Counted from the first letter of the stretch, positions 1 to 13,650 are shown. The stretch: 64,000 bases of DNA from Gordonia sp. (in: high G+C Gram-positive bacteria) (GCF_020438995.1 NZ_JAGQTN010000061.1:7222-71221), one strand, 5' to 3'. Notes: generated by a model from the sequence alone, not told the origin. A program made the numbers and translations.

Positions 1-195
1 GCACAGGTACTGACCAATCTTGCGAAGGGTCTCAACCTCCAACCCGACGTTCTGTTCCGGATGGCCGGCTGGCTGCCGACGACTCCGGCTGAGGAGAAAT
101 GCTCGGTTGAGGACGCCATCCGCCACGACGACCGCCTGACCGAAGGTCAGCGATCGGCGCTTGTGCAGTTGTACCGGACGATGGTCGGCGATTGA
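1..195 (+). CDS. 3' end of probable XRE/HTH transcriptional regulator (partial)
   Basis: Frame 1 is open from the window edge: AQVLTNLAKGLNLQPDVLFRMAGWL...VEDAIRHDDRLTEGQRSALVQLYRTMVGD*, typical of the C-terminus of actinobacterial HTH regulators. Confidence 0.65.
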   Translation, partial: AQVLTNLAKGLNLQPDVLFRMAGWLPTTPAEEKCSVEDAIRHDDRLTEGQRSALVQLYRTMVGD

Positions 196-241
196 CGCCC
201 CATCGGTCCCAGCCACCACATCCCAGCAAGGAGAACAGATC

Positions 242-544
242 ATGAGCAGCTACGCCGATATCACCACCCAGCTCACCGACCAGTGGGTCGCCGCCGTCGA
301 GCGTGCCAAGGAGTCCTTGCCCAACCTCGACCGTCGTGTCAATCTGCTGCCCAGCGGATTCCAGATGCCCGAGTTCGGCAAGAACCTGCCCGGCAACTTC
401 CCCGAGCTCCCCAGCCCGCGTGAGGTCGTCGAGGCGAACTTCCAGGTGGCACAGCGTCTTCTGGAAGCACAGCGCGACTTCACCCTCGCTGTCATCGAGC
501 GGGCCACCAAGGACGGCGCCGACGCCGGCACCAAGTCGGAGTAA
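242..544 (+). CDS. small amphipathic helical protein (phasin-like, uncertain)
   Basis: SD aaggag upstream of ATG 242; 100 aa; motif LPSPREVVEANFQVAQRLLEAQRDF. Confidence 0.7.
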   Translation: MSSYADITTQLTDQWVAAVERAKESLPNLDRRVNLLPSGFQMPEFGKNLPGNFPELPSPREVVEANFQVAQRLLEAQRDFTLAVIERATKDGADAGTKSE

Positions 545-567
545 TGATCGACTGATCGAATGCGAGA

Positions 568-599
568 GGCCCCGTCGCCGAGGCAACGACGACGGGGCC
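568..599 (+). terminator. hairpin, probable intrinsic terminator
   Basis: ggccccgtcgccg / aggcaa / cgacgacggggcc, 13-bp stem with one non-Watson-Crick position. Confidence 0.55.
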
Positions 600-665
600 G
601 GTCGATAAGACACCACGATGAACACACCGCGGTGAGGCAAACCCCCCAGCAAGGAGAGTATCGAC

Positions 666-2201
666 ATGACCAGCTTATCGGACCCGGTGTTCGCCCAGGC
701 GGCAGCCGATCCCGAGCAGGAGGCGGCGCGCGGCGCGGGCACCGTCCTGACCTACCAGCAGCTCGCCGACGCCACGCTCGCGTACGCGGGCATGCTCGCC
801 GACATCGGTATCGAACCCGGTGACCGCGTGCTCTTCATCGCCCCGACCCTCCCCGAGTTCGTCGTGGCCTACCTCGGGATCAACGCGGCCGGCGCCATCA
901 TCGTGCCGGTCAACCCGCTGTGCACCCCGAGCGAACTCGGCTACTACATCTCCGACGCCGGCTGCAAGCTCGTGATCGCCTGGGACAGTGTCTCGCAGGC
1001 CGCGCGCGAGGCTGCCGAGGCCGCGGGCATCGAGTTTCTGGCGCTCGCCCACGGTGCGCAGGCCGACCGTGGCACTCCCCTCACCGAGGCCGTCGACCGC
1101 GGGGAGGACGAGGTGGGTTGTATCCTCTACACCTCGGGCACCACGGGCAAACCCAAGGGCGCCGAACTGACCATCGGCAATCTGACCTCGGCGGCCCGCA
1201 TCGCGATCAAGCTCGGCGGCACCGCCCCCAACGACCGCATCGCCACCGCCCTTCCGCTGTTCCACGTGTTCGGCCAGGCATCGGTTCTGCTGGCGTCGAT
1301 CGGTGCCGGTTGCCCGATGAGCCTGGCACCGACATTCCATCCCCAGCAGTTCATCGAGATGATCATCGAAGATCGTGCGACCCTGGTCGAAGGCGTGCCC
1401 ACGATGTGGAACGCCATGCTGCACAGCTCGCAGGACACCCCGGCCGACGCGTTCGAGCATCTGCGGCTTGCGGTATCCGGTGGCGCGTCATTGCCGCTGG
1501 AGGTCCGTGAAGCCTTCCACCGTCGGTTCGAGTGCAAGATCTCCGAGGGCTACGGAATGACCGAGACGTGCGCGATCGCGACGTTCTCCAAGCCGGGCAC
1601 GGAGGCGCCGGCGGGCACCGTCGGACCGGCAGCACCCGAGATGGAGGTCGAGATCCGCCTCGCCGACGGCACACCCGCCCCGGTCGGGGGGCGTGGCGAG
1701 GTGTTCGTCCGGGGACCGGTGGTGATGCGCGGCTACTGGAACCGACCCGAGGCCACCGCCGAGACCATCAGCCCCGACGGCTGGCTTCGCACCGGCGACA
1801 TCGCCGAAATGGACGACGAGGGCAACGTGCGTATCGTCGACCGGGCCAAGGACCTGATCATCCGCGGCGGGTACAACGTGTACCCGAGCGAGATCGAGGA
1901 AGTCCTATACGCGCACCCCGACATCGTCGAGGCCGCAGTCGTCGGTGTTCCCGATCCGCACTACGGTGAGGAGATCGTCGCCGTGGTGGCCATCGGACCC
2001 GATGCGGAGTTGAGTGCCGACGACGTGAAGGCGTGGACCGCCGAACGCCTTGCGGCATATAAGCATCCACGTGCGGTGATGTTCGTCGACGCACTCCCCA
2101 AGGGGCCGTCCGGAAAGATTCTCAAGCGCTCGATCGAGCGGGCTCCGCTCGAGGCAGCGGTCGCCGAGTATCGCGCCGCGCGAGCGGCTGCCCACCACTG
2201 A
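666..2201 (+). CDS. long-chain fatty-acid--CoA ligase (FadD family)
   Basis: AMP-binding motifs YTSGTTGKPKG, EGYGMTE, TGD, RAKDLIIRGGYNVYP, PKGPSGKILK. Confidence 0.93.
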   Translation: MTSLSDPVFAQAAADPEQEAARGAGTVLTYQQLADATLAYAGMLADIGIEPGDRVLFIAPTLPEFVVAYLGINAAGAIIVPVNPLCTPSELGYYISDAGCKLVIAWDSVSQAAREAAEAAGIEFLALAHGAQADRGTPLTEAVDRGEDEVGCILYTSGTTGKPKGAELTIGNLTSAARIAIKLGGTAPNDRIATALPLFHVFGQASVLLASIGAGCPMSLAPTFHPQQFIEMIIEDRATLVEGVPTMWNAMLHSSQDTPADAFEHLRLAVSGGASLPLEVREAFHRRFECKISEGYGMTETCAIATFSKPGTEAPAGTVGPAAPEMEVEIRLADGTPAPVGGRGEVFVRGPVVMRGYWNRPEATAETISPDGWLRTGDIAEMDDEGNVRIVDRAKDLIIRGGYNVYPSEIEEVLYAHPDIVEAAVVGVPDPHYGEEIVAVVAIGPDAELSADDVKAWTAERLAAYKHPRAVMFVDALPKGPSGKILKRSIERAPLEAAVAEYRAARAAAHH

Positions 2202-2244
2202 CCACGCCGCACACGGCGTCAGGAACGAAAGTCCGCACCAGGAG

Positions 2245-3060
2245 GTGACCCACGTGGTCGAGAAGATGGAACACACCGGAGAGATAGAACCACCGCACTG
2301 GTTCTACTACCTCACCGAACCGCACCGCGCGATGGCCGAGCACATCGGGTTCGCCTCAAGCAAGAAGCTGCTCACCATGCAACACGCGGGCGGCGGCGAT
2401 GGCCGGCATGTCCTGGTGCTACCCGGGCTGATGGCCGACGACCGTTCCACCCGCGCGCTGCGGGGGGTGCTGAAAGAGGCCGGCTACCAGGCACATGGCT
2501 GGAAGCTCGGCGTCAACGTCGGCCCCACCAACGGCATCCTGTCGGGCATCCAGGGCCGCGTCGACGACCTGGTGGCCCGGTCGGGTCGGCCGATCAGCGT
2601 GATCGGCTGGAGCCTGGGTGGTCTGCTCGCCCGGGAGGTGGCAAAACTGCGTCCTGAGGATGTCGACCGGGTGATCACCCTGGGCAGCCCGCTCAATATG
2701 TCACACCGCAGCCAGTCGCGGGCGTCGGCGGCGTACGAGATGTTCGCCTCCCGGCATCTGCCCGACTACGCCTTCGAAGCATGGGTGGCCGCCCGCAAGG
2801 ACGGCCTGGCCCAACCGTTGACGTCGATCTACAGTCGCGCCGACGGCATCGTGCACTGGCAGTCGTGTCTGGTCGAGCCGGGACCGATGAGCGAGAACGT
2901 CGAGGTACGGGGCAGCCACTGCGGCCTGGGCGCCAATGTGGCGGCCGCGCACGTGGTCCTCGACCGGCTGGCTGAGCCACTCGATGACTGGAAGCCGTTC
3001 CGTCCGCGCCGGGCCTACCGGAGCGCGTTCCCCGGTAGTCCTCTCGCGGCCGCCGGCTGA
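2245..3060 (+). CDS. alpha/beta hydrolase (esterase/lipase)
   Basis: Nucleophile elbow GWSLGG; D in RADGIV; H in GSHCGL. Confidence 0.85.
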   Translation: MTHVVEKMEHTGEIEPPHWFYYLTEPHRAMAEHIGFASSKKLLTMQHAGGGDGRHVLVLPGLMADDRSTRALRGVLKEAGYQAHGWKLGVNVGPTNGILSGIQGRVDDLVARSGRPISVIGWSLGGLLAREVAKLRPEDVDRVITLGSPLNMSHRSQSRASAAYEMFASRHLPDYAFEAWVAARKDGLAQPLTSIYSRADGIVHWQSCLVEPGPMSENVEVRGSHCGLGANVAAAHVVLDRLAEPLDDWKPFRPRRAYRSAFPGSPLAAAG

Positions 3061-3081
3061 CAGCACAGTCACCACAACACA

Positions 3082-3127
3082 ACAGCGGATCGGCCCGTCG
3101 TCACCGCACGACGGGCCGATCCGCTGT
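3082..3127 (+). terminator. strong hairpin terminator
   Basis: Perfect 20-bp stem acagcggatcggcccgtcgt / acgacgggccgatccgctgt with a 6-nt loop, just after the hydrolase stop. Confidence 0.75.
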
Positions 3128-3202
3128 GACATCCGCGGCCCCGTGGCCGGACCTGACACCATTGCCGGAGAATGTCAGCGGAGTCGGCAGGAGGTGAGGT
3201 CC

Positions 3203-4333
3203 GTGACCGATCGGGTCGAGTGTGTGGTCGTGGGCGCCGGGGTCGTCGGATTGGCCATCGCGCGGGAACTGGTCGTCGCCGGGCGGGAGGTGATGATCCT
3301 GGAGGCCGCCGACACCTTCGGCACGGGCATCAGCTCGCGCAACTCCGAGGTCATCCACGCCGGAATCTACTATCCGGCAGGAAGTCTGAAGGCGCGACTA
3401 TGTGTGCGTGGACGCGGCCTGCTGTACCGCTACTGCGCCGACCACGCCGTCCCCCACGATGCGATCGGAAAGCTGATCGTCGCCACCTGCGATGATCAGC
3501 GCGGACGACTGGCAGCGCTCGCCGATGCGGCAATCGACAACGGTGTCAACGATATTCGGGCGATCGATGCGGACGAGATCGGTGAACTCGAACCGGAGAT
3601 CACTGCGGTCGCCGGTCTGCTGTCACCGTCGACGGGCATCGTCGACGCTGCGGCGCTGATGCGGGCGTTGCTGGCCGATGCGACGGGTGCGGGGTCCGAG
3701 GTCGCCTACCGCAGCCGCGTCACCGGCGCGCGGTGCAGAGGCGGCGCCCTGGAGGTCGATGTCGACGGCGCGGGATCGTTGGCCTGCGACTGGCTGATCA
3801 ATGCCGCAGGTCTGGGTGCCCAGGAGGTCGGCGGCGGCATCGAAGGACTGGCCGCCGGGGCGCTGCCCGACCGGTACTTGGCCAAGGGCACCTACTTCCG
3901 GCTCGCCGCCGGCCCGGCGCCGTGCTCGCGGCTGGTCTATCCACTTCCCGTCGACGGCGGTCTGGGTGTGCACCTGACCCTCGACCTCGCCGGCAATGCG
4001 CGATTCGGTCCCGATGTGCAATGGATCGACGATCCCGATGTGCAATGGATCGACGGTCTCGACTACACGGTGAACGTCGACCGGGTGCCGGAGTTCGTCG
4101 CCGCGATCGAACGGTACTGGCCCGCGGTCACCGAACGCGAACTGGTCGCCGACTACGCCGGCATCCGGCCCAAGCTCGGCGGGCCGGGTTCGCCGGCCGC
4201 CGATTTCCGGATCTCCACGCCGGCCGACCACGGTGTCCCCGGACTGATCAACCTGTTCGGCATCGAATCCCCGGGTCTGACATCGAGTCTGGCGATCGCA
4301 GAACTGGTCGGCGCGCAGATTGCCGGTACCTGA
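3203..4333 (+). CDS. FAD-dependent oxidoreductase, L-2-hydroxyglutarate oxidase (LhgO)-like
   Basis: VVVGAGVVGLA Rossmann motif, SSRNSEVIHAGIYY, GIESPGLTSSLAIA; GTG 3203 follows ggaggtgag. Confidence 0.88.
   Translation: MTDRVECVVVGAGVVGLAIARELVVAGREVMILEAADTFGTGISSRNSEVIHAGIYYPAGSLKARLCVRGRGLLYRYCADHAVPHDAIGKLIVATCDDQRGRLAALADAAIDNGVNDIRAIDADEIGELEPEITAVAGLLSPSTGIVDAAALMRALLADATGAGSEVAYRSRVTGARCRGGALEVDVDGAGSLACDWLINAAGLGAQEVGGGIEGLAAGALPDRYLAKGTYFRLAAGPAPCSRLVYPLPVDGGLGVHLTLDLAGNARFGPDVQWIDDPDVQWIDGLDYTVNVDRVPEFVAAIERYWPAVTERELVADYAGIRPKLGGPGSPAADFRISTPADHGVPGLINLFGIESPGLTSSLAIAELVGAQIAGT
4010..4055 (+). repeat. in-frame 24-bp tandem duplication
   Basis: cccgatgtgcaatggatcgacg at 4010-4031 and 4034-4055 (PDVQWIDD PDVQWIDG). 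Confidence 0.95.
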
Positions 4334-4335
4334 CA

Positions 4336-5382
4336 CTACGCGCGCGGCGGGTTGCAGTCGGCGGCGTCGGGCCCCGGCGGCTCGTCGGAAAGTCCGCAGG
4401 TGTCAACGACGTCGGGTGCGCCGACCACCACCTCACGGCCCGCGTCGGCGGCGGATTCCGGTTCGCCGAGTTTCGCGCACACCACACCGGCGATCACCAG
4501 CACACCGCCGGCCAGCTGGATCGCCGACGGAACTTCGCTGAGCAGAACCGCCGCCCAGATCGTCGCAGCGATCACCTCGGTGAGAGCGATGAGCGAGGCC
4601 AGCCGGGCGCCCAGGATGCGTGCGGCGACGATACCGGTCGGATAGGCCACGGCGACGGTGATCACCGCCAGACCGAGTAGTGCGAGCCAGGCCGGAATAG
4701 AAAACCCGGTGAAGTCGGCAGCGCTGTCACCGATGTCGAAGGGCATCAGGCCCACTGACCCCAGGACTCCCAGAAGCACTGCTGCAGCGATCATTCCGGC
4801 CGCCGACAGTACGGACGGCGGCAGGTCCCGGTGCGGTTTGGCGGAAATGAAGAAGTAGCCGACGGCCCCGACCATCGCGGCGGTGGCCCACAGCACCCCG
4901 GCGACGTCGAGACCCCCGCCACCGGTCACTTCCAGAACGCAGAGCAGACCGATCGCGCACAACATGACACCGACGCACAACAGCGCACTCGGTCGCTGAC
5001 GGTGTGCGGCCCACAGCCACAACAGGACGACCACGGGTGCGGTGTGTTCGATCAGCATCGCCGACGCCACCGGAATCGTCTGGATCGCCGAGAAGAAGCA
5101 GAACTGCGCGATGACCACGCCGAACAACCCGTACAACCCGATCGTGAGTGCGTGTTTGCGCAGCAACGACCACCGACCGTGCATGTCGCGCAACGCCACT
5201 GGGACCAGCGCGAGGCCGCCGACACCGATCCTGATCGTCACAATGGTGCCGCTGCTCCACCCCGACTCCAGAAGCGGCCGGGCCAGCGCACCCGAGAGCC
5301 CGAAGCTCAGTGCCGAGATCAGTGCGAACGCCAGCCCCGAACGTCCTTGTGACCACACCTTGTTCTCAACGACCGACGCCAC
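4336..5382 (-). CDS. EamA/DMT family transporter
   Basis: About 10 hydrophobic segments in two EamA repeats (AQFCFFSAIQTIPVASAMLIEHTAPV). Confidence 0.88.
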   Translation of the reverse strand: MASVVENKVWSQGRSGLAFALISALSFGLSGALARPLLESGWSSGTIVTIRIGVGGLALVPVALRDMHGRWSLLRKHALTIGLYGLFGVVIAQFCFFSAIQTIPVASAMLIEHTAPVVVLLWLWAAHRQRPSALLCVGVMLCAIGLLCVLEVTGGGGLDVAGVLWATAAMVGAVGYFFISAKPHRDLPPSVLSAAGMIAAAVLLGVLGSVGLMPFDIGDSAADFTGFSIPAWLALLGLAVITVAVAYPTGIVAARILGARLASLIALTEVIAATIWAAVLLSEVPSAIQLAGGVLVIAGVVCAKLGEPESAADAGREVVVGAPDVVDTCGLSDEPPGPDAADCNPPRA

Positions 5383-5608
5383 GAATTCTCACGCTAGGCG
5401 CGGATCATTCGCTTCGGCAAACCGAAGACGCCCGGTTTACCCGCGTCGAGAGCCTTCCGATGGATAAGGTCAAGGGGAAGAGTGTGCCGGGTCACCGGCA
5501 CAGGGTGTGCCTGGGCACGACCACTCTCGACAAGTGATACTGGTAACGCTCATACGGTTCGGGCCACTGATCGTGACCGGACCGGACAACCGGAGACGAA
5601 AGCGGGAC

Positions 5609-7843
<2,235 letters not shown>

Positions 7844-7853
7844 TCACCTCGCC

Positions 7854-7885
7854 GGCCGGCTCCCGCGCTACAGCGGGAGCCGGCC
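7854..7885. terminator. bidirectional terminator hairpin between icd and jetC
   Basis: 13-bp stem ggccggctcccgc / gcgggagccggcc with a 6-nt loop; the jetC stop codon lies in the loop. Confidence 0.75.
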
Positions 7886-10800
7886 CGCGTTGGTGCGCCG
7901 TACCTCGGTAAAACCCTGGATCGAGGTGGACAGCGCAGACGCCGTGGGCCGGCCATCGACGCCCTCGGATTTCGACACCATCACCACGTTGTCGATGTAG
8001 GGCTGGATGGTGCTGGTGTTCTGTACGGTGGCGACGATCACGAGCTGGAAACCGAACTTGCGGAACGCCGAGAGTGCCTGCTGGGCGAACTGCGGATCGG
8101 ACTTGGAGAACGCCTCGTCCAGCATCAGCTGGGCGAACAGTGGCCGGTTGTCGTCGCTGCCGGGGGCTGCGAGATTGAAACTGAGCGCACCGGCCAGGCA
8201 GAACGCCATTAGCTTTTCCTGCTCGCCGCCCGAGTTGTCGCCGGCGTTGCTGTAGGTGCGGATGACCTCCCCGCTGCTCGCGTCGCGTTCCTCGCAGTAG
8301 AAGTCGAACCGGTTGCGCACGTCGAGGGCGTCGCGGGTCCAGGCCCTGTCCTCGGGGGAGTCGCCGGCCAGGCGCTGGCGCAGCAACAGGATGTCGGCGT
8401 ACTGCTCGAGGATGGCCTGTTCGTCGCCGAAGCTGACGGCGGCGGTTCGGGCGGAGATCTGCCGGGCCTTCTCGTTGAGTTCGGCCACGGCGGGCAGGGT
8501 TTTGCGCCCTGGTTGCAGTCGCAGCCGGGTGCCGCTGTTGAACGCGACCGACCCGAGACCGGAGTTGACGCGTTCGATCTGCTCGACGATGCGCCGTTCC
8601 TCGGCGTCGGCGGCCATGTGCAGGCTCAGGATTGCGCCCGGTGCCTGCTCGGTGATCAGTCGGCGCATCCGCTCGTAGGCCGACGGCAGTTCGCGTTCGT
8701 CGATCCGGCGGCACACCGACACGTAGTCGTGCACGCGTTCGTCGAAGTCGTCGCTGTCGTTGGGGATGGCGTCGGGGAACTCCTCGTCGTAGCTCGCGAC
8801 GATGCGGGCCAGTTCGTCGCGAGAGCGCCGGGCGTCGGCCCGCATGCGGTCGCGGTCCCGGTTGACCGCCTTCATCAGTTCCTGCCGATAAGGTTCGGGC
8901 GCAAGCACATCGAGTACCGCCGCCGATTCCTCGCGGAAACCGTCGAGGGTGGCGGCGGCCTGGTCGGCGATGGGTTCGTGGGTCAGCCGGTCGGTCAGGT
9001 CCAGCAGCTGGGTGCGCCGCTTGTCGTGGGTGGCGATCTTGTCGCGGACCAACGCTGCCTGGGAGATGGCCCCACGCACCTGTTCCCAGATCTCCTCGGC
9101 CTTGCGTTGCAGCGCCTCCACATCAGGATTGGCATCCATCAGCAGTTCGTACTGATCGGTGAGAGCGTCGACACGGTCGTCGGCGGTGTCGGTGTCGATC
9201 TCGCTCCACTGTGTGAACTGCTCACACACCCGTCGGTAGGCGTCGCGGCGCTGTTGCAGTTCGGTACGGTCCCGGTCCAGGTCGGCGCTGGCTTGATGGG
9301 CGGCGTCATACAGGCGCTGCTCGTGATCGAGTTCCTCACGCAGCGCGGTGATCTTGGAGTCGACGTGGCCGACGAAGATGTACTGCGACGGCCGTAACGC
9401 CTGCCGGTCGTCCTTGACGGCCAGCTTGGCCGAATCCTTGCGTAGGCCCTGATCGGTGACAGCCTTGGCATGATTGCGGAACTCTGCCGGATCATCCACG
9501 CACACATGGTTTCCCAGCCGTGCCAGGATGGTCAGCGCCTCGGCGGCGCACGGATGGTCGGGGTCGACAGCGCGCAGCATCGCCCCGAGGGTGCCCGGTT
9601 CGGGGGTGGGCATCGGGTGTTGTTCGGCATGATGAAGCTGGATACGCCCACGCATGTCGTGGCTGTTGACATAGCGCAGCGCGGCCCGGAAATGCTCGTC
9701 GGGCACCAGCAGCCGCAGCCCCGCGCCACGCAACACCTTCTCCACCGCCAAACGCCAGCGGCCCGCATCGGGACGCAACTCCACCAGTTCGGCGACATAC
9801 CGCAATTCCGATTCGTCGATCTGCAGGTGGTTGGCGAGCATGCGCCGCATCTCATGTTCGGCTCGCGGCAGCGTCGACCCGGCCTGCTCGACGCGGTGGA
9901 GTTCTGCGGCGACCGCATCACGCTGGCCGCGGACGGCGACCTCGTGGGCGAGGGTTTCGGCGAACTGCGCCTTGCCCGCCTCGAGTTGACTGTCGATGCG
10001 GGTGGCGTCGTCCATCAGCTGGTCGCGTAGTTCCCAGAACTGGCTACCGTCATCGGGAAGCTCGAAACCCAGTGCGGCGATGCGATGTTCGTAGTTGGTG
10101 CGTTTGATGGCCACCTCACCGGCGAACTTCTGCGCAGCCGCGAGCTGCTCCTGCAGTGGGGCGAGGTCGCCGGTGGAGGTGGATATCCGCGAGAGCAGGT
10201 TGCTGTGGTCGGCGCGCAACTGATCGTGCTGGGCGGTCAGTGAGTTCAGGTCACCGTCGAGGCGGGCGATCTGATCGTCAAGGTCAGCGATTTCCGGCCC
10301 GGCGGTGCGCAGCCGCAGATTGTTCAGGTAGGCGCGCACCGCGTCGGTGTCGATGGTGTCGAGCACGCTGAATGTGGCCGACTCCCCCGCGTACCGTTCC
10401 TGGACCTCCTCGATATTGCCGAGAATGGTGCGTTTGCGGCGTGCGACGTCGAGCAATTCGCGGGCCTGCACCAGCGGATCGATCTGGTCGAGCGCATCCT
10501 TGATCCCGGCGACGCTACGCGGCTCGTCGAGCATGAACTCGCGCACGAATTGGGCAAGGCCACCAACGCTTTTCAGCGATTTCGCTTTGCCGAGCAACTG
10601 CTGAGCCGCATCGGAGCCGCGAATCCCGATGAGCGAGTACAGGGTGGCGAGGTATTTGCCCTCCCCCGGCCCGCCGCGCCAGCCGCGGTCGCGGAACCGG
10701 GAGGTGTTGTACCCCGCCGACGCCCATTCGTTGCAGACCTCGACGATGTCGGTGTCGCCGTCGTGAATGAAGTACGAACTGCCGGCGTCGGTCAGCTTGC

Positions 10801-11209
10801 CGGCGGCAAGCCATTTGAGGACCAGGCCGGTGATGGACGTGCCGGAGGTGGATGTGTAGGTGACAGCGATCGCCGCCCACGCCGGTCCGGTACCGCGCAA
10901 GTACATGATCTCGCGGCCGGCGCTCGTCCCGCTGCGCCGCTCCCCCCACGCCCCGCGCACATACTTGCCGACGGTCCGTTTGCCGCTGGACGATCCTGCC
11001 GCCGTCGCATCGCCGGAGGCATTGAAATTGCGCCGGTGATCGGGCAGAAACGCCAGCGAAATCGCGTCCAGCAGAGAGGATTTGCCGCTGCCGGAGGAGC
11101 CGGTGATGAGTGCGCCGTTGGCGCTGAACGGAATCGAATGATAGCCATCGAACACGCCCCAGTTGATCAGCTGTAGCCGGGACAGGTGGTATTGGTCGAT
11201 AGTGCTCAC
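7868..11209 (-). CDS. jetC: Wadjet/Mks SMC ATPase JetC (MksB/EptC-like)
   Basis: 1113 aa; [11 protein letters not shown], Walker A GSSGSGKS, long coiled coil, signature NSGGEQEKL, Walker B LMLDEAF. Confidence 0.92.
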   Translation of the reverse strand: MSTIDQYHLSRLQLINWGVFDGYHSIPFSANGALITGSSGSGKSSLLDAISLAFLPDHRRNFNASGDATAAGSSSGKRTVGKYVRGAWGERRSGTSAGREIMYLRGTGPAWAAIAVTYTSTSGTSITGLVLKWLAAGKLTDAGSSYFIHDGDTDIVEVCNEWASAGYNTSRFRDRGWRGGPGEGKYLATLYSLIGIRGSDAAQQLLGKAKSLKSVGGLAQFVREFMLDEPRSVAGIKDALDQIDPLVQARELLDVARRKRTILGNIEEVQERYAGESATFSVLDTIDTDAVRAYLNNLRLRTAGPEIADLDDQIARLDGDLNSLTAQHDQLRADHSNLLSRISTSTGDLAPLQEQLAAAQKFAGEVAIKRTNYEHRIAALGFELPDDGSQFWELRDQLMDDATRIDSQLEAGKAQFAETLAHEVAVRGQRDAVAAELHRVEQAGSTLPRAEHEMRRMLANHLQIDESELRYVAELVELRPDAGRWRLAVEKVLRGAGLRLLVPDEHFRAALRYVNSHDMRGRIQLHHAEQHPMPTPEPGTLGAMLRAVDPDHPCAAEALTILARLGNHVCVDDPAEFRNHAKAVTDQGLRKDSAKLAVKDDRQALRPSQYIFVGHVDSKITALREELDHEQRLYDAAHQASADLDRDRTELQQRRDAYRRVCEQFTQWSEIDTDTADDRVDALTDQYELLMDANPDVEALQRKAEEIWEQVRGAISQAALVRDKIATHDKRRTQLLDLTDRLTHEPIADQAAATLDGFREESAAVLDVLAPEPYRQELMKAVNRDRDRMRADARRSRDELARIVASYDEEFPDAIPNDSDDFDERVHDYVSVCRRIDERELPSAYERMRRLITEQAPGAILSLHMAADAEERRIVEQIERVNSGLGSVAFNSGTRLRLQPGRKTLPAVAELNEKARQISARTAAVSFGDEQAILEQYADILLLRQRLAGDSPEDRAWTRDALDVRNRFDFYCEERDASSGEVIRTYSNAGDNSGGEQEKLMAFCLAGALSFNLAAPGSDDNRPLFAQLMLDEAFSKSDPQFAQQALSAFRKFGFQLVIVATVQNTSTIQPYIDNVVMVSKSEGVDGRPTASALSTSIQGFTEVRRTNAGRLPL

Positions 11210-11958
11210 CAGTCCGCTCCCTCGGTCGTGTCCGGGCGGTTGTTACCGGCGTCCGTATCCGGGGCGCTGTCGGAGTCGTCGGCTTGGTCGCCGGAGGACA
11301 TGAACTGCTCGAACTGCCGTTGCAGGTCGGTGATCACCGAGGCGGTCATCACTGCCGTGATCACCGGGCTCAGCACGAAGGTGTCGGGGTCATCGCGCTG
11401 AGCCCGCAGAAACTCCATTTCCTCCATCTTGTCGACGGCACGGTCGATGCGTTTGTCGAAGGCCGCCAGGTCGCGGTCGATGGTGTTGGAGACACCGGCG
11501 AACATCTCGTGGATGTCCTCGCGGGTGATGAGCACATTGTCCTCGCGCGAGGCACGCATGTACTTGGCCAGGTGCAGCGCCAGGATAGCGTCGTAGGTGT
11601 TGATCGTCTCGCGTTTGAGCAGCCTTCGGCCCCAACGAGATTCATAACCGACTTGCTCGACGAACGCGATCTGCAACTCGTCGACGATCCGCAGCCGCAG
11701 GTCCAGCTCGGACAGCCGCACGCGCAGGACATCGGCGAATTCGGCCACCCACGACCACAATTGGGGCTGGCGTTCACCGCTGATGTGGCGGCGGGTCAGC
11801 AGGTTCTGCAGCGCCCAGCACGCCCGGTCGGGCAGTGCGCTCACGTCGCCGTCGAAACGCGGCACCTTGGGGCCGTGGTCGGCGGAGGTCAGCGGTACCG
11901 CGGGCAGGTCGTCGTAGCCGGCGAACTCGTCGGGAACATCGGTGGTGGTGTCGGTCAT
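11206..11958 (-). CDS. jetB: Wadjet JetB (DUF4194-like)
   Basis: 250 aa winged-helix-type KITE subunit between jetA and jetC; 4-nt overlap with jetC. Confidence 0.85.
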   Translation of the reverse strand: MTDTTTDVPDEFAGYDDLPAVPLTSADHGPKVPRFDGDVSALPDRACWALQNLLTRRHISGERQPQLWSWVAEFADVLRVRLSELDLRLRIVDELQIAFVEQVGYESRWGRRLLKRETINTYDAILALHLAKYMRASREDNVLITREDIHEMFAGVSNTIDRDLAAFDKRIDRAVDKMEEMEFLRAQRDDPDTFVLSPVITAVMTASVITDLQRQFEQFMSSGDQADDSDSAPDTDAGNNRPDTTEGADW

Positions 11959-11965
11959 GGGTACC

Positions 11966-13432
11966 TCAGACCTCGTCGATCAGGATGTCGGCGGTCGGGA
12001 TCGGTTCGGAGAACATCAGGGCGGGGATCTCGATGATCCGGTCGTCACCTTCCAAGGACTGGAATCGCACGATCTCGGTGGTCGTCGGCGCGGTGCCGGG
12101 CTGTTTGAGGGCCAGCGACCATAGGACGATGACGTGCGCGAGATACGCCTCGTCGAGGCGGCCCAGGACATCGGGCAATGCGACCGGACCGTCGGCGACC
12201 GCACGGTTGACCAGGTCCGTCAGCTCGACCGTGTCCACCTGACCGGCCAGGGAAGCGAATGAGCTGAGGTCACCGCCGGTGTCTCCCGGCAGTGCGGGCG
12301 GTGGTGGTGCCGGGTCGCGGATCTCGAATGCGACCCGGCCGATGGAGGTGAGGTCGGGGGTGGCCAGCGGTATCTCGTAGCCCAGGCGCCGGTCGGCGAG
12401 CGAGGCCTTGAGCAGCTCGTTCGCGGTGGCCAGGGCATCGTTGAGTTGCCGGGCGATACCTCGGCTCTGTTCCAGGGTGCCGGCGGCGACGAACCGCCGG
12501 ATGCGGCGGGCGCAGCGTTGCCGGGTGCGGCCCACCTCGGCCATCTGTTCGGTGATCAGCGGAAAGAAGTCGGTCATCACCGCGCGCAGACCCGGTTCCA
12601 TGTCGGGCAGGCTGCGGGTGACGGTGTCGATGTCGGCCGAGAGCCGGGCGCGTTGGTCGGGATCCTGGATCATCCGGGTGAACGCGTGATACGACGCGCT
12701 CTGCGACGACCCGAGCAGGGTTTCGTAGTCGTCGAACAGTTGCCGTTGCCGGTCGCGGTAGGCCAGGTCGGAGTCGCTCGGGTCGTCGAGCAGTGCGGTG
12801 GTGATGCGGTCGAGCATCGTGCCGTATTGCGCGATGTCGGAGATGACCTGTTCCATCTGGTAGGCGATGGCGCGGGCCTCGTCGGCGGCGATCCGCAGGT
12901 CGGGTTCGGGGCGGACCCCGGCGTCGAGATCGGCCAATTCGGCGTCGAGATCTGCGAGCTGGTTTTCGATATCCTCGCGGATCTGGTCGGGATCACCGGC
13001 CACCTGCCCGGCCACCCGATGCAGCCCGGCGGCGATGCCATTGATCGATCCGCCGGTGGCCACGGAGTCCTCGCGGCGGCGCCGGCGCATGAAGTCGAGG
13101 ACGGACCGGGCGTCGGCGGTCAGGTAACAGATGTTGGGAGCAACGGCGTCGGAAGTGTCGGTGACCCGGTGCAGCCACCCGTTGCGCGCCCATAGCTTGA
13201 TCAGCTCCACGCCGGTCGGGGTGTCCTCGGCGTCGAGTTCGGTCATATCCCGTTCGAGGCGGACGGCCAGCTCGGGTTCGGCCAGCCGTGCCCCGAAGTC
13301 GAGGTGCCGTTCCATCAGCGTCACGTACAGGGCGGAGTTGGTGGCCGCGAACAGCCGCACCGCCGCCGACTTCTGGATCGTCCGGTTGTCCTGCCACGCC
13401 TGCGTCAGGGTCGCGTGTTCGTCGCTCATCAT
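11966..13432 (-). CDS. jetA: Wadjet JetA kleisin (DUF3375-like)
   Basis: About 488 aa from ATG 13432 (SD-like aggtgg); [11 protein letters not shown]...[13 protein letters not shown] winged-helix pattern; first gene of the jetABC order. Confidence 0.85.
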   Translation of the reverse strand: MMSDEHATLTQAWQDNRTIQKSAAVRLFAATNSALYVTLMERHLDFGARLAEPELAVRLERDMTELDAEDTPTGVELIKLWARNGWLHRVTDTSDAVAPNICYLTADARSVLDFMRRRRREDSVATGGSINGIAAGLHRVAGQVAGDPDQIREDIENQLADLDAELADLDAGVRPEPDLRIAADEARAIAYQMEQVISDIAQYGTMLDRITTALLDDPSDSDLAYRDRQRQLFDDYETLLGSSQSASYHAFTRMIQDPDQRARLSADIDTVTRSLPDMEPGLRAVMTDFFPLITEQMAEVGRTRQRCARRIRRFVAAGTLEQSRGIARQLNDALATANELLKASLADRRLGYEIPLATPDLTSIGRVAFEIRDPAPPPPALPGDTGGDLSSFASLAGQVDTVELTDLVNRAVADGPVALPDVLGRLDEAYLAHVIVLWSLALKQPGTAPTTTEIVRFQSLEGDDRIIEIPALMFSEPIPTADILIDEV

Positions 13433-13650
13433 CACCACCTCAGCTCGCTGACGTAAAACTGCCCCGCGTAGTCTCCCACGTCCCGCCGGCAGACCCTCGC
13501 AGTGTGCGAGTTCCTGCACACCTCCGACGACTTCGACTGTCGGATCTTCAGTAGCGATAGCTGACCACCTGCTGACTTCGATCAAGCGACCCGTTCCGGC
13601 GTATCCTGGGTCAGACGTAGTACGCGACACACGCTATCTAGGAGGTCACG

